Shown: positions 1-9,687 of the stretch, piece by piece
Layout: each line of letters starts with the position of its first letter
How positions within the stretch are numbered: position 1 is the first letter of the stretch
NCBI GenBank assembly: GCA_016218585.1
Contig: JACRDK010000004.1
Span: 85,347 to 149,346, forward strand
Direction of reading: 5' to 3'
Length of the DNA: 64,000 nucleotides
From: Candidatus Doudnabacteria bacterium
GTDB lineage: Bacteria > Patescibacteriota > Doudnabacteria > UBA920
Position numbers and translations under genes: made by a program
The notes under the pieces: generated by a model
The model's input: only the letters and a program-made list of their open reading frames with translations
What the model was told of the DNA's origin: nothing
Databases searched by the model: none

Positions 1-382
1 CTCCGTTATAGTTTCCCCTTTCAACCTTATATCCGTCGTTAGAAGTTTGGCTCGAATCAAGCCTGTATTGTGATGCCTGTTCGTAAGTCAATTCCGATGC
101 AGTATTGCTATTTACGTCGTACAAAAACAAACGGGTTTCAACATTTACCGGTTTATAATAGGGATCTGTCGTGGTTGCCGGCTGAGGATTTTGTCTTAAG
201 TAGCCATCAACAATTTGGTATTTTGTTTGCCCATAGTAATATGCATTATCTCCTGTAGCATAAATAAAATTATGCTGCGGTTTTTTATTCCAACCGGGAA
301 GGTAAATCGCCATAGCCAGAACAATAATCATTATTATGGGTATAGACAAAGCCAGTATAAGCGGCAAATTTTTTTTGTTCAT
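1..382 (-). CDS. Hypothetical membrane-anchored protein, partial (runs off the window start); N-terminal TM helix then Tyr/Gly-rich soluble part
   Basis: Own translation of the minus strand from ATG at 382: MNKKNLPLILALSIPIIMIIVLAMAIYLPGW... reads about 127 codons with no stop to the window edge. The overlapping + strand ORFs 70..258 and 215..397 are shorter and low-complexity. Confidence 0.5.
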   Translation of the reverse strand, partial: MNKKNLPLILALSIPIIMIIVLAMAIYLPGWNKKPQHNFIYATGDNAYYYGQTKYQIVDGYLRQNPQPATTTDPYYKPVNVETRLFLYDVNSNTASELTYEQASQYRLDSSQTSNDGYKVERGNYNG

Positions 383-441
383 AAATCTTTTATTTAAGGT
401 TGTATTAGCTTAATTATACCATATTCTGTATAATAAGATTT

Positions 442-1128
442 ATGGAAGAACGCGTACAAAAATTTATTAGCCAGGCCGGAGTTGCCAGCCGCAGAAAAGC
501 CGAGGAATTCATTAAATCCGGCCAGGTTCTTATTAATGGCCGAAAGGCTAAGCTAGGAGATAAAGTAAACCCCTCTACTGACATTGTTAAAGTTTACGGT
601 AAAACTGTAAAACCAAACCAGCAGCTGGTTTATATTATGATAAACAAGCCAAAAGGATATGTGGTAAGCAAAAGCGATCCCCAGCACAGAAAAACCGTAT
701 TTGAATTATTACCGGAAGATCTGCGCACTAAGGTCTGGAATGTTGGCAGACTGGATGCCGATACTGAAGGTTTGCTAATATTAACCAACGACGGCGAACT
801 TACCCAGGAACTCTCGCATCCCAAATATGAACACGAAAAAGAATACGAAGTTTCCCTACAGGAATCCCCTAGCGAAAGCCAGTTGGAGCAACTGCGCAGC
901 GGCGTAGAAATAGCAACCGGCACAACTTATCCGGCCCAGGTGAAACAGCGGGACGGGAAAGTGCGAATTACTATTCATGAAGGCAAGAAGCGCCAGGTTC
1001 GCCGCATGTTCACCACAGTTGGACTTACTATTACCAATCTCAAGCGCATCCGCATAAATAAGCTCTTACTTCCTAAAGAGCTGCCAGCGGGCCAATTTAA
1101 ACTTATAAGCAAAGAAGAAATTCTGTAA
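442..1128 (+). CDS. RNA pseudouridine synthase, RsuA/RluB family (S4 domain plus PseudoU_synth_2)
   Basis: N-terminal S4-like RNA-binding motif (RVQKFISQAGVASRRKAEEFI), KPKGYVVS and GRLDADTEGLLILTNDGEL catalytic motif. Confidence 0.85.
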   Translation: MEERVQKFISQAGVASRRKAEEFIKSGQVLINGRKAKLGDKVNPSTDIVKVYGKTVKPNQQLVYIMINKPKGYVVSKSDPQHRKTVFELLPEDLRTKVWNVGRLDADTEGLLILTNDGELTQELSHPKYEHEKEYEVSLQESPSESQLEQLRSGVEIATGTTYPAQVKQRDGKVRITIHEGKKRQVRRMFTTVGLTITNLKRIRINKLLLPKELPAGQFKLISKEEIL

Positions 1129-1152
1129 TTTATGATGTAGGATATAAGATTT

Positions 1153-1962
1153 ATGATTTTGAAAAAATCAAATTTTGTAATAATTTTGTCGGCGGTGATT
1201 CTACTAATCATCGCTTTGCTTTTTATTCATCCCAAAAAACCCGTTAGCAGATTTTCAAGCCAATCCAATACAGACAAAAATCCGACAGAAAACACTTCAC
1301 CAGATGTTCCGGCAGAAAAATTATCAGCCCCGCTGCCCCAGCCGCCTGAAGCTCCGGCGGATAGCGGGCGGGTAATTCCTAAATCTTTAAATTTGAGCGT
1401 TCTTTTCACATCTCAGGCGCCAACTGGTAATTGGGATGAACTTCATGAAGAAACTTGCGAAGAGACCGCCTCATTAATGGCAAATTTTTACTTTAACGGA
1501 CTGCCAGCCGGAAAAACTGGAATCTCTAGCGATATAGCGGAAACGGAACTGGCGAAACTAGTGAGTTGGCAAAAAAGCCGCTTTGGATATTACAAAGACA
1601 CGACAGCTGCGGAAACAGCCAAGTTTATTGAGGAAGTCTATGGCTTAAAAACCATGCTGCTGGAAAATTTCTCGGAAGCTGACTTAAAAAATACTCTGGC
1701 GCAGAATCGACTGGTTATAATACCCGAGAGCGGACAGGCGCTTGGCAACCCGCATTACACTCCTCCGGGGCCGATTTATCATATGCTGCTAGTTAAAGGA
1801 TATGATGAAAATGGAAATTTTATTACCAATGACCCCGGAACTAAATTTGGCCAAAATTATATTTATTCATTTAAGATTTTGTTTGAAAGCGCCGCAGATT
1901 GGGACCATACAACAAACAATATAAACCTAAAACAAAAAGTCGCCATAGTTGTCTGGAAATAA
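1153..1962 (+). CDS. Membrane-anchored protein with Pro-rich linker and possible C39-like (C39_2/YvpB-like) peptidase domain
   Basis: N-terminal TM, PxxP linker, then Q...C(EETASLMANFY) ... H arrangement reminiscent of C39_2; weak. Confidence 0.4.
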   Translation: MILKKSNFVIILSAVILLIIALLFIHPKKPVSRFSSQSNTDKNPTENTSPDVPAEKLSAPLPQPPEAPADSGRVIPKSLNLSVLFTSQAPTGNWDELHEETCEETASLMANFYFNGLPAGKTGISSDIAETELAKLVSWQKSRFGYYKDTTAAETAKFIEEVYGLKTMLLENFSEADLKNTLAQNRLVIIPESGQALGNPHYTPPGPIYHMLLVKGYDENGNFITNDPGTKFGQNYIYSFKILFESAADWDHTTNNINLKQKVAIVVWK

Positions 1963-1965
1963 TTA

Positions 1966-2010
1966 AAAACCGTCCCCCTTTTTCGCTAGAATGGGCGGGA
2001 CGGTTTTTTA
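1966..2010. terminator. Bidirectional rho-independent terminator between convergent genes
   Basis: AAAAACCGTCCC ... GGGACGGTTTTTT hairpin with A-tract upstream and T-tract downstream. Confidence 0.6.
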
Positions 2011-2017
2011 ATTTGAA

Positions 2018-3763
2018 CTAGTTTTCCTGTTCGCCAATTTGCTGGCGCCACATTGCATAATACAAACCTTTTTGATCCAGCAAATCCTGATGTCGGCCTG
2101 ACTCGGCAAGTTTGCCTTTCTCCAAAACATATATCCTGTCGGCATGCATAATGGTAGACAATCGGTGAGCAATTAAAACCGTAATTTGTTCCTGGTTTAC
2201 GGAAAGTTGTTTTATAGTTTCTGTAATCTGTAGTTCAGTTAAAGAATCCAGGGCGGAAGTTGCCTCATCAAACACTAATAGTTGAGGATTGCGCAAAAGC
2301 GCTCTGGCAATAGACAGCCTTTGTTTTTCTCCGCCGGAAACTTTTACCCCACCTTCTCCAATTACCGTATCAAGCCCTTGCGACGCTCTCTGCATTAAAG
2401 TTTGCGCCGCTGCCCTGTCCAAAGCTTTAAACAGCTCCTCATCGGAAGCCTCAGCATTGGCAAATTTTAAGTTATCACGGATTGTGCCGGCAAATAGCTG
2501 GGTGTCCTGGGTAACCAAGCCAATTTGGCCTCTTAAACTTTCCAAGTCAGCGCTGGTTAAATCTATATCGTTATAGCTAATTGCTCCTTCGGCCGGACGA
2601 TACAGCCCAACCAACAACTTAACTAATGTCGTCTTGCCGCTGCCGGACGGACCAACAAAAGCCACTGTCTCCCCGCTTGCAGCCTTAAAGCTTACCTTGT
2701 CTAACGCCGGACGATTGGCGGTTAAATGCTTAAAAGATACATTATTAAAACTAATACTCTCCAACTTGCCGATATTTTTCGGATCTTTTGGTTTTGGCTC
2801 TTTTGGCGTACTTAAAATATCTTTAAAATTCTGCAAAGAAGCCTGTGCCTCGCGGTAGGAGTTAACTACATTACCCAGTTCCTGTAAAGGATTAAATAAA
2901 AAGAAGGAATAAATCCATAGAGAGAAAAACTCGCCCAAAGTTAATGCTTTGGTAAAAACTAAATACATCATGGTAAACAGAATAACCGTGCGCAAAAAAT
3001 TAATTACCGTTCCCTGAATAAAGCTTAACGTTCTTAGATATTTTATTTTTTCCAGTTCCAGCCCTAATATGGCTTCGGTAGTATTATTCAGGCGGCTAAT
3101 TTCCGCTCCCGAAAGCCCCATAGATTTCACCAGTTCAATGTTGCGCAGGCTCTCAGTGGTGGACCCAGCCAAGGCGGTTGTTTGGGCAATAATCTTTATT
3201 TGTACAGTTTTAATCTTGCCGCTTAAAAAAGCGGACAAAAAGCCTAAAATTGGCACCATGGCCAAATATACCGCGGCAATTACCCAGCTAACGGAAAAGG
3301 CATAAACTATTACAAATACAAAACCAATCAAGGTAAAAAATAAAACATTTACCGCGTTGGTAATTAAAGTCTGCACATCCAAGCGAACACGCTGCAATTT
3401 TTCCAGGGTCTCCCCGCTTCTCTGGTCTTCAAATACCTGATACGGCATTTCCAAAGAATGGGCTAGCCCATCGGTGTACATTTTTGCGCCAACTCTCTGA
3501 GTTACCGTGTTAACATAATAGTCCTGAAAATTTTTGGCAATGCGGGAAACCAAAGCCGTTCCCATAGACAATAAAAGCAGCCAGCCGACCCCGTGAAAAA
3601 ATTGAGTTCGGCTAAGCTCATTAAACTTGGTGGCGTAATTATCCATTATCAAACGGAAAATATATGGATCAAGCAAAGAAAATATTTGGTTGACCGCAGC
3701 TAAAAAAAGCGCTAACGCTAAAAGTTTCCAGTATTTTTTTACATACTTGGTTAATATAGACAT
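2018..3763 (-). CDS. ABC transporter permease/ATP-binding fusion protein (exporter type, MsbA/LmrA-like)
   Basis: 6-TM N-domain; Walker A GPSGSGKTT, signature LSGGEKQRLSIARAL, Walker B LVFDEATSALD. Confidence 0.85.
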   Translation of the reverse strand: MSILTKYVKKYWKLLALALFLAAVNQIFSLLDPYIFRLIMDNYATKFNELSRTQFFHGVGWLLLLSMGTALVSRIAKNFQDYYVNTVTQRVGAKMYTDGLAHSLEMPYQVFEDQRSGETLEKLQRVRLDVQTLITNAVNVLFFTLIGFVFVIVYAFSVSWVIAAVYLAMVPILGFLSAFLSGKIKTVQIKIIAQTTALAGSTTESLRNIELVKSMGLSGAEISRLNNTTEAILGLELEKIKYLRTLSFIQGTVINFLRTVILFTMMYLVFTKALTLGEFFSLWIYSFFLFNPLQELGNVVNSYREAQASLQNFKDILSTPKEPKPKDPKNIGKLESISFNNVSFKHLTANRPALDKVSFKAASGETVAFVGPSGSGKTTLVKLLVGLYRPAEGAISYNDIDLTSADLESLRGQIGLVTQDTQLFAGTIRDNLKFANAEASDEELFKALDRAAAQTLMQRASQGLDTVIGEGGVKVSGGEKQRLSIARALLRNPQLLVFDEATSALDSLTELQITETIKQLSVNQEQITVLIAHRLSTIMHADRIYVLEKGKLAESGRHQDLLDQKGLYYAMWRQQIGEQEN

Positions 3764-3831
3764 AAAAAATTATTACTTATGATATAAAAAGAGTCTGCCC
3801 TAATTTTATAAAGGCCAACTCCGGAGAATCT

Positions 3832-5109
3832 TCATTTTATCAGAAACTGGCCAAAAATTGTAGCCACAACTGCCACGGCAATAAATACCGCCGAACCTCT
3901 TAAAAACCACTTGGCAAAACCTTTAGAAATATAAGCTTCTCCCATAATTTCCGGATTTTCAGAAAAACGTATAAGAAAATAAAACAGCACCGGCAATATA
4001 GCGCCGTTTAAATAATTTGCGGCTAAGGTAAGGCCAAACAGGTTAATACTCGGAAACAAAGCAATAAACAAACCTAAAACAATTTGCAAAATAAAGAAAG
4101 TATAAAACACCCGGCCCTTTCCAAAGCTGGCATTTAAGGTTCTTTCGTACCCGAATAGCTCAGTAAAAACATAAGCGGTGGCCAATGGCACAACCGTGAG
4201 GCCTAATAAAGAAGCGGCGAAAAGTCCGGTAGCAAACAAAATGTAAGAAAAATTCCCAGCAAGAGGCTTAATTGCCATAGCAGCAGTTTGCGCATCGGAA
4301 ATAATTGTGTGGTTGGCAAACAAGGTATAGGTTACGGCAATCGCTATCATCCAGGAAAAAATATTGGTTAAGATTGAACCAAAATAAACCTCTGCCCGCT
4401 CTTCTTTTAGTTGTTCCGGCTTTATGCCTTTGTCGGCCACAAAACTGTTTATAAAAAACTGCCCCCAAGCTGTAACCGTAGTTCCCAAAACCGCAATTAA
4501 AGCAAACCAGTAATGAGGATCTCCTATAAAGTTGCGTTCCGGCATAACCAAGCTTTGCTTTAATGCCTGCCCCCAATCGGGCTTGGCCAATACCGCCGAA
4601 ATAATATAAGTTGCGTAAAATAAAATAGTTATAAAAAAGATTCTTTGCAGATTTTTGTAGTTTAAAAAAACAACTGCCAAAATTAAGGCCAGACATACTA
4701 AAACTAACAGCCCCTGCCAGTGCAGCCAGGCAATCCACCACGGCAAATTAAACAACTGGACCGCCGACTTTAACCCGGTAACGTCCTGCAATATTACGCT
4801 CTGATTAGCAACAAAATAAACCAAAAATAAAACCACGGAAACTCTAACGCCATAGTTCTCTCTAATTAAATCGCCAAGGCCCTTGCCGGTGACAATTGCA
4901 ATGCGGGCGCCGATTTCCTGGGTAACCGCCAGTAATAAAGTGGTTAAAATAACAAAATACTGGGAACTCATCCCGTACATTGAGGCCGCTACGGAATATG
5001 TAGCCACTCCAGAGGCGTCATTGTCAGCCATGGCCGTAATTAATCCGGGACCCAAAACTGCCAGGAAAATTAGAAGCCTGGGTTTATTTTTTTGCCAAAA
5101 ATTTTTCAT
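3832..5109 (-). CDS. mntH: NRAMP family divalent metal (Mn2+/Fe2+) transporter
   Basis: N-terminal GPGLITAMADNDASGVATYSVAASMYG motif typical of NRAMP; polytopic membrane protein. Confidence 0.75.
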   Translation of the reverse strand: MKNFWQKNKPRLLIFLAVLGPGLITAMADNDASGVATYSVAASMYGMSSQYFVILTTLLLAVTQEIGARIAIVTGKGLGDLIRENYGVRVSVVLFLVYFVANQSVILQDVTGLKSAVQLFNLPWWIAWLHWQGLLVLVCLALILAVVFLNYKNLQRIFFITILFYATYIISAVLAKPDWGQALKQSLVMPERNFIGDPHYWFALIAVLGTTVTAWGQFFINSFVADKGIKPEQLKEERAEVYFGSILTNIFSWMIAIAVTYTLFANHTIISDAQTAAMAIKPLAGNFSYILFATGLFAASLLGLTVVPLATAYVFTELFGYERTLNASFGKGRVFYTFFILQIVLGLFIALFPSINLFGLTLAANYLNGAILPVLFYFLIRFSENPEIMGEAYISKGFAKWFLRGSAVFIAVAVVATIFGQFLIK

Positions 5110-5210
5110 ACAAAACTATATTTACTAAATACGAATGAATGCTAATACACTAATACTTTGACCCTGTAGATGATAAAGATTATTAGTATGAATTAGTATT
5201 TAGTAAAGTT

Positions 5211-6425
5211 CTAAGCGCTCGGGAATAATTGCCGCATTACGTCGTCAATAGTTACTACGCCAACCAACTTTTTTTCTTTATCTAATACAGCTGCGGTATA
5301 CAAATTATACTTTGTCATTAACTGGATAATTTTCTCAATTTTATCGCCGGGCTTTAAAAAAGCATACGAAGGGAAACGCTTGGCTAAATCGCCAATTTTT
5401 TCCTGAGATTTTGCCAAAAGCAACCTCCTTAAAGAAACAACGCCAATAAATCTGGACTCTTCATAAGTCACATAGACATAAGGCAAAGACCTCATCCCGT
5501 CGGAAACCTTTCTTATTTCTTCGACAACCTGGGCAATAGTCCACTCAGGCCTTACGGCTAAAAAATCCAGAGTCATCAATCCCCCGGCGGTATTGTCCGG
5601 GTAATTCAATAACTTTTTAACGCTCTGCGCTCTGCTGCCTTTTACCTCGGACAAAAACTGGTTTGCCTCATCCCCCGATAAAGTTTTAACTAAGTCCACA
5701 AATTCGTCGCTGGACATTTGCGACATAATTTTCCCGGCGCGCTCCGGACCCAAATACTTTACCAAAACAGTCTGTAATTTTGGATCGACTTCTTCCAATA
5801 CTTTAGCTGCTTCAGTGGAATCCAGGGAAGCCAAAAGGCTGCTGCCAAATTTTACATCCAAGTCTTCCACAATATTAGCTAAGTCTGCCGGATGCAAATG
5901 GCTCAAATCTTCCGCAACGGTGTTCAATTCCAGCCCCTTTTTACTGTCTACCAGAGTTGCCTGGCGCCAGTCTATTAAAGACACAGAAAAAGGCTTGCCG
6001 AAAATTGAGCCGGCGAGCCCTAAGCGTCTTAATATTCCTTTAAAGCTGGAGTCTATTCCCAGCACGCAAACTTTATTTTCAAAATTTCCAATTCTCAAAT
6101 CATTCACCCGGACAACCCTGGTTCCGGCCACATCCACAATCTGCTTATCCAATACCTGTTTTTTTAAATAAACAAACTGAACTGCGGGCAATTCATTTTG
6201 CGCCACCTTATTAAACAAATTTTTCAGCGAGATTTCGCTGCTATTAAAATTTGCCACATATTCATACGGGACAAACTTTCTGCCCTGATGGGTTTTAATT
6301 ACTAAAAACTCCAGCGGGGCAAAGGAGTCTGCCTTTGGCGCAATTAGAATGTCTTCCAATTTGCCAACTGAAACATCGGAGCTGTCGGTAATGGTGTTAT
6401 TTAACAATTCGCTGATATACGGCAT
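5211..6425 (-). CDS. Soluble MgtE-N-terminal-domain plus tandem CBS domain protein (no channel domain)
   Basis: AGGLMT motif of MgtE_N, C-terminal CBS pair (VGVVTIDDVMRQL), no TM segments. Confidence 0.6.
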   Translation of the reverse strand: MPYISELLNNTITDSSDVSVGKLEDILIAPKADSFAPLEFLVIKTHQGRKFVPYEYVANFNSSEISLKNLFNKVAQNELPAVQFVYLKKQVLDKQIVDVAGTRVVRVNDLRIGNFENKVCVLGIDSSFKGILRRLGLAGSIFGKPFSVSLIDWRQATLVDSKKGLELNTVAEDLSHLHPADLANIVEDLDVKFGSSLLASLDSTEAAKVLEEVDPKLQTVLVKYLGPERAGKIMSQMSSDEFVDLVKTLSGDEANQFLSEVKGSRAQSVKKLLNYPDNTAGGLMTLDFLAVRPEWTIAQVVEEIRKVSDGMRSLPYVYVTYEESRFIGVVSLRRLLLAKSQEKIGDLAKRFPSYAFLKPGDKIEKIIQLMTKYNLYTAAVLDKEKKLVGVVTIDDVMRQLFPSA

Positions 6426-6525
6426 AAGCGCAAATTAAAAAATGCAAAATAAATAGCTTTTGCTAAAATATATAATCTTATCTTCTGCTTAATTTTAACA
6501 CACAAATTAAGGTTATGCCACAAAA

Positions 6526-6861
6526 TTACTCACTAATAGCCTTCTTCCCTATTATTGAGACCAGAGTAACTATAATTGATCCCCAAAAGGCCGGCCAAAA
6601 ACCGGCAACTGCAAAACCTTTAACAAAACTGGCGGCCCAAAACATAAGGGCGTTAATCACCAAAAAAAACAAACCAAAAGTAACTATGCTCAATGGCAAG
6701 GTCAATATTTTTAGCAAAGCCCCAAGCGTTATATTTAGCAACCCCAAAACTAGCGCCACTAAAACCGCCACCCAAAAACTGGCAATGGTAATGCCGGGCA
6801 CAATGGAAGCAGCCGCTAATACCCCTAAAGCTGTAAACAACACTCTTAAAACAAATTTCAT
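6526..6861 (-). CDS. Phage holin family protein (DUF360/Phage_holin_4_2-like small membrane protein)
   Basis: 111 aa, 3-4 TM helices, Gly/Ala-rich pattern typical of YvlD/DUF360; preferred over the overlapping + strand ORF 6515..6892. Confidence 0.55.
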   Translation of the reverse strand: MKFVLRVLFTALGVLAAASIVPGITIASFWVAVLVALVLGLLNITLGALLKILTLPLSIVTFGLFFLVINALMFWAASFVKGFAVAGFWPAFWGSIIVTLVSIIGKKAISE

Positions 6862-7014
6862 AGTAATAGAATTAATTGTTACTATATTATAGCATTTTTT
6901 AGCGGTTTTGGGGATCGGGGAATAAATAACAAAAACCCTTATATCTGCTTGACAAAATCCTAAAAAAATATTAGTATTAGTTAGATAAACTAACTATTTG
7001 TAAAACTAACTAAT

Positions 7015-7434
7015 ATGAACTTGAAAAAAAATACGGAAGAGATTGTTGGCGCTTTCCTGGCTGTGTTTCGGGAGCTGAAAAAAAAGCTTTCTTATGGCAA
7101 CCCGCTTTTTCATTTACCTCTGGCCCAAATGGAAGCCTTGCGTTTTGTCCACGAAACAAAGCAGCCGGCGATGAAAGAAATATCCGACCATTTTGGCATT
7201 ACTCCCCCGTCGGCCACCGCCCTTATTAACCACTTGGTAAATTTAGGGTATGTGACCAGAATAGCCAACGGCAAAGACCGCCGGGGCATACGAATAAGCT
7301 TAACCGCTAAAGGCCTAAACATTTTTAACAAGGCCAGCAAACAGCATTGCCAAAGATTGGAAAAATTACTTAGCAAACTTAGCGAAAAAGAAAAGCAGGA
7401 GTTTTTAAAAATATTAAATAAGATGATTAATTAA
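7015..7434 (+). CDS. MarR family transcriptional regulator
   Basis: Winged-HTH motif MKEISDHFGITPPSATALINHLVNLGYVTRIANGKDRRGIRISLTAKG. Confidence 0.8.
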   Translation: MNLKKNTEEIVGAFLAVFRELKKKLSYGNPLFHLPLAQMEALRFVHETKQPAMKEISDHFGITPPSATALINHLVNLGYVTRIANGKDRRGIRISLTAKGLNIFNKASKQHCQRLEKLLSKLSEKEKQEFLKILNKMIN

Positions 7435-7439
7435 AGATT

Positions 7440-8954
7440 ATGACAAAAAACCTATCCAAACCAATTATTGTATCTGTTGCGGGAATTTTGCTTGTATTAG
7501 GAACCGGCGCTTACGCGGAAACTAAGCTGCAAAAAAAACCGAATTATGATTACGTCGAAGCCAAACAAGAAAACCTGCAAACCGGGGTAAAAACCGACGG
7601 CACTGTAAAAGCTGCCGAAAATTTAAGCTTGTCCTTCCAAAAAGGCGGACAAATTTCTGTCATCAAGGTTAAAGTTGGCGACAAAGTAAAAAAAGGAACA
7701 GCTTTAATTTCTCTGGATGCCAAAGATTCTTTAGCCGCGGTTAACCAGGCGAACGCCGCTGTCTCCGCCGCCCAAGCTTCTTATAACAAGCTACTTAACG
7801 GAGCCACCAACGCCGATGCGGAAGTTGCGGAAGTAGCCCTAACCAACGCAAAGCAAACCTTGGAAAATACAACTCAGCAGCAGCAAACTCTGGTTGATAA
7901 TGCTTATAAAAATTTATTAAATGCCGGCCTGGCAGCTACCCCCGGCAGCGGCAACAGCGCCGGAGCGGCTGCTTTTGTTTCCGGAAGCTATACCGGAACG
8001 CAACAAGGCAGCTATACCGTAAGCGTCTACGCCACCGGCAGCGGCTTGCGCTTTAGATATTCAGGACTGGAAGACGGCGACGGAATTGTTGATATAACTC
8101 CCCAACCACTGGGGAAAAAAGGATTGTTCATTCAATTCTCCTCTACTTCCGTCCCCACTAACAACACCTGGACTGTTAACCTGCCTAACACGCAAGGCGT
8201 TGGCTATACTTCATACCTAACCGCTTACCAGGCGGCTCAGCAAAACCAACAGTCAGCCGTCAATGCCGCTCAAAATGCGGTAAACTCCGCTCAAGCAGCT
8301 TTGGACTTAAAAAAGTCAGCGGCCAGACCGGAAGATCTTCAGGCTGCTCAGGCTCAAATAAGCTCAGCCAGGGCTTTGTTGCAATTAGCACAAAACTCTT
8401 ATACCAATAGCATAATCACTGCTCCGATTGATGGAGTTATTACTTCTGTTGACGCAAAAATTGGTGAAACAGCTACCGTAGGAAAGAGCGTTGTGTCTAT
8501 GATTTCTGATCAGCAATTCCAAGTAGAAACCTACCTCTCTGAAAATGAAGTCGGCCAAGTTAAACCCGATGACACCGTTAAAATTACTTTGGATGCTTAC
8601 GGCGACCAGACGGTTTTTGACGCTTCAATAATTACAATAGATCCGGCAGCCACAATTATTAACGGCATTCCCGCTTACAAATTAACCTTGCAGTTCACAC
8701 AAGAAGACAACCGCATTAAAGCCGGTATGGGAGCAAATATTATTGTTGCCGGCCAACAAAAATCCAATATTCTTACAATCCCTCAAAATTCCATTATTAA
8801 ACAAAACGACCAAACTTTTGTTTTAGTTAAAAACCAGCAAGGCCAACCAACGCTTACTGCGGTGCAAACCGGCAGCTTAGGCTTAAACGGCCGGGAAGAA
8901 ATATTAAGCGGACTGGCCCAGGGACAACTGGTCGCCAGCTTCAGCGGAAAATAA
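7440..8954 (+). CDS. Efflux pump periplasmic adaptor (HlyD/membrane fusion protein family), long coiled-coil form
   Basis: N-terminal TM anchor, biotin-lipoyl-like VKVGDKVKKGTALISLD, Ala/Gln-rich coiled coils, beta-barrel IITAPIDGVITSV. Confidence 0.6.
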   Translation: MTKNLSKPIIVSVAGILLVLGTGAYAETKLQKKPNYDYVEAKQENLQTGVKTDGTVKAAENLSLSFQKGGQISVIKVKVGDKVKKGTALISLDAKDSLAAVNQANAAVSAAQASYNKLLNGATNADAEVAEVALTNAKQTLENTTQQQQTLVDNAYKNLLNAGLAATPGSGNSAGAAAFVSGSYTGTQQGSYTVSVYATGSGLRFRYSGLEDGDGIVDITPQPLGKKGLFIQFSSTSVPTNNTWTVNLPNTQGVGYTSYLTAYQAAQQNQQSAVNAAQNAVNSAQAALDLKKSAARPEDLQAAQAQISSARALLQLAQNSYTNSIITAPIDGVITSVDAKIGETATVGKSVVSMISDQQFQVETYLSENEVGQVKPDDTVKITLDAYGDQTVFDASIITIDPAATIINGIPAYKLTLQFTQEDNRIKAGMGANIIVAGQQKSNILTIPQNSIIKQNDQTFVLVKNQQGQPTLTAVQTGSLGLNGREEILSGLAQGQLVASFSGK

Positions 8955-8963
8955 TTATACTTT

Positions 8964-9662
8964 ATGTCTAATACTCTTAAACAGACCGAAGAAAAAATTG
9001 AAACTGCCGCCAAAGAGGCCGTAGAAAAAATTGAAGTTGCGGAAAAAAAACTTATCCATAATCCGTGGGTCAGAAGCGCTGCTGCAATTATTGTAGTTGC
9101 TGCGGTAGTGGCCGGCGGCTTGTATTGGCAGGAGTCCAGCACCAGGGTAAGCATCGACAAGTCGCAAATCTCCGCCCCGTTAATTGCTCTGTCCCCTTCC
9201 AAGGCTGGGCAGCTAAACCAAATTTACGTCAACGAAGGCGACAGCATAAAAAGCAATGCCGCGGTTGCGCAAGTTGGCGATGAATTAATAAAAAGCAAAA
9301 CCAGCGGCGTAGTTGTGGAAGTAAAAAATAATATTGGCAAAAATATTAATCCGGGCGAAACCGTGGTCAACATTATTGACCCAAAAGAAACCAGAGTAGT
9401 TGGGACAATTGAGGAAAACAAAGGCTTGGATAAATTAAAAGTTGGCCAGTTAGCCAGCTTTACCGTGGACGCTTTTGGCTCCAAAACTTACGAAGGCGTT
9501 GTTGATGAAATTAGCCCAACCTCAAAAGCCTCCGGCGTCGTTTTTAATATCTCCGACAAACGCGCTACCCAAGAATTTGAAATTAAAGTCCGTTTCAACC
9601 AGGATAAATATCCGGAATTAAAAAACGGAATGTCCGCCAAACTGACAATCTACATAAAATAG
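8964..9662 (+). CDS. HlyD/EmrA-like membrane fusion protein
   Basis: TM anchor; lipoyl-like VNEGDSIKSNAAVAQV; beta-barrel SGVVVEV; operonic with the downstream MFS pump. Confidence 0.6.
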   Translation: MSNTLKQTEEKIETAAKEAVEKIEVAEKKLIHNPWVRSAAAIIVVAAVVAGGLYWQESSTRVSIDKSQISAPLIALSPSKAGQLNQIYVNEGDSIKSNAAVAQVGDELIKSKTSGVVVEVKNNIGKNINPGETVVNIIDPKETRVVGTIEENKGLDKLKVGQLASFTVDAFGSKTYEGVVDEISPTSKASGVVFNISDKRATQEFEIKVRFNQDKYPELKNGMSAKLTIYIK

Positions 9663-9687
9663 TTTTAATTAAATCGGCAAACCGACT

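Noticed and set aside
70-397. Plus-strand ORFs 70..258 and 215..397 at the window start
   Set aside because: The minus-strand frame reads open from ATG 382 to the window edge and encodes a plausible signal-anchor protein; the plus-strand ORFs are short, overlapping and low-complexity.
6515-6892. 125-aa plus-strand ORF overlapping the holin-family gene
   Set aside because: The minus-strand product has a clean 4-TM DUF360-like profile; the plus-strand product is low-complexity with no membrane or enzyme logic.
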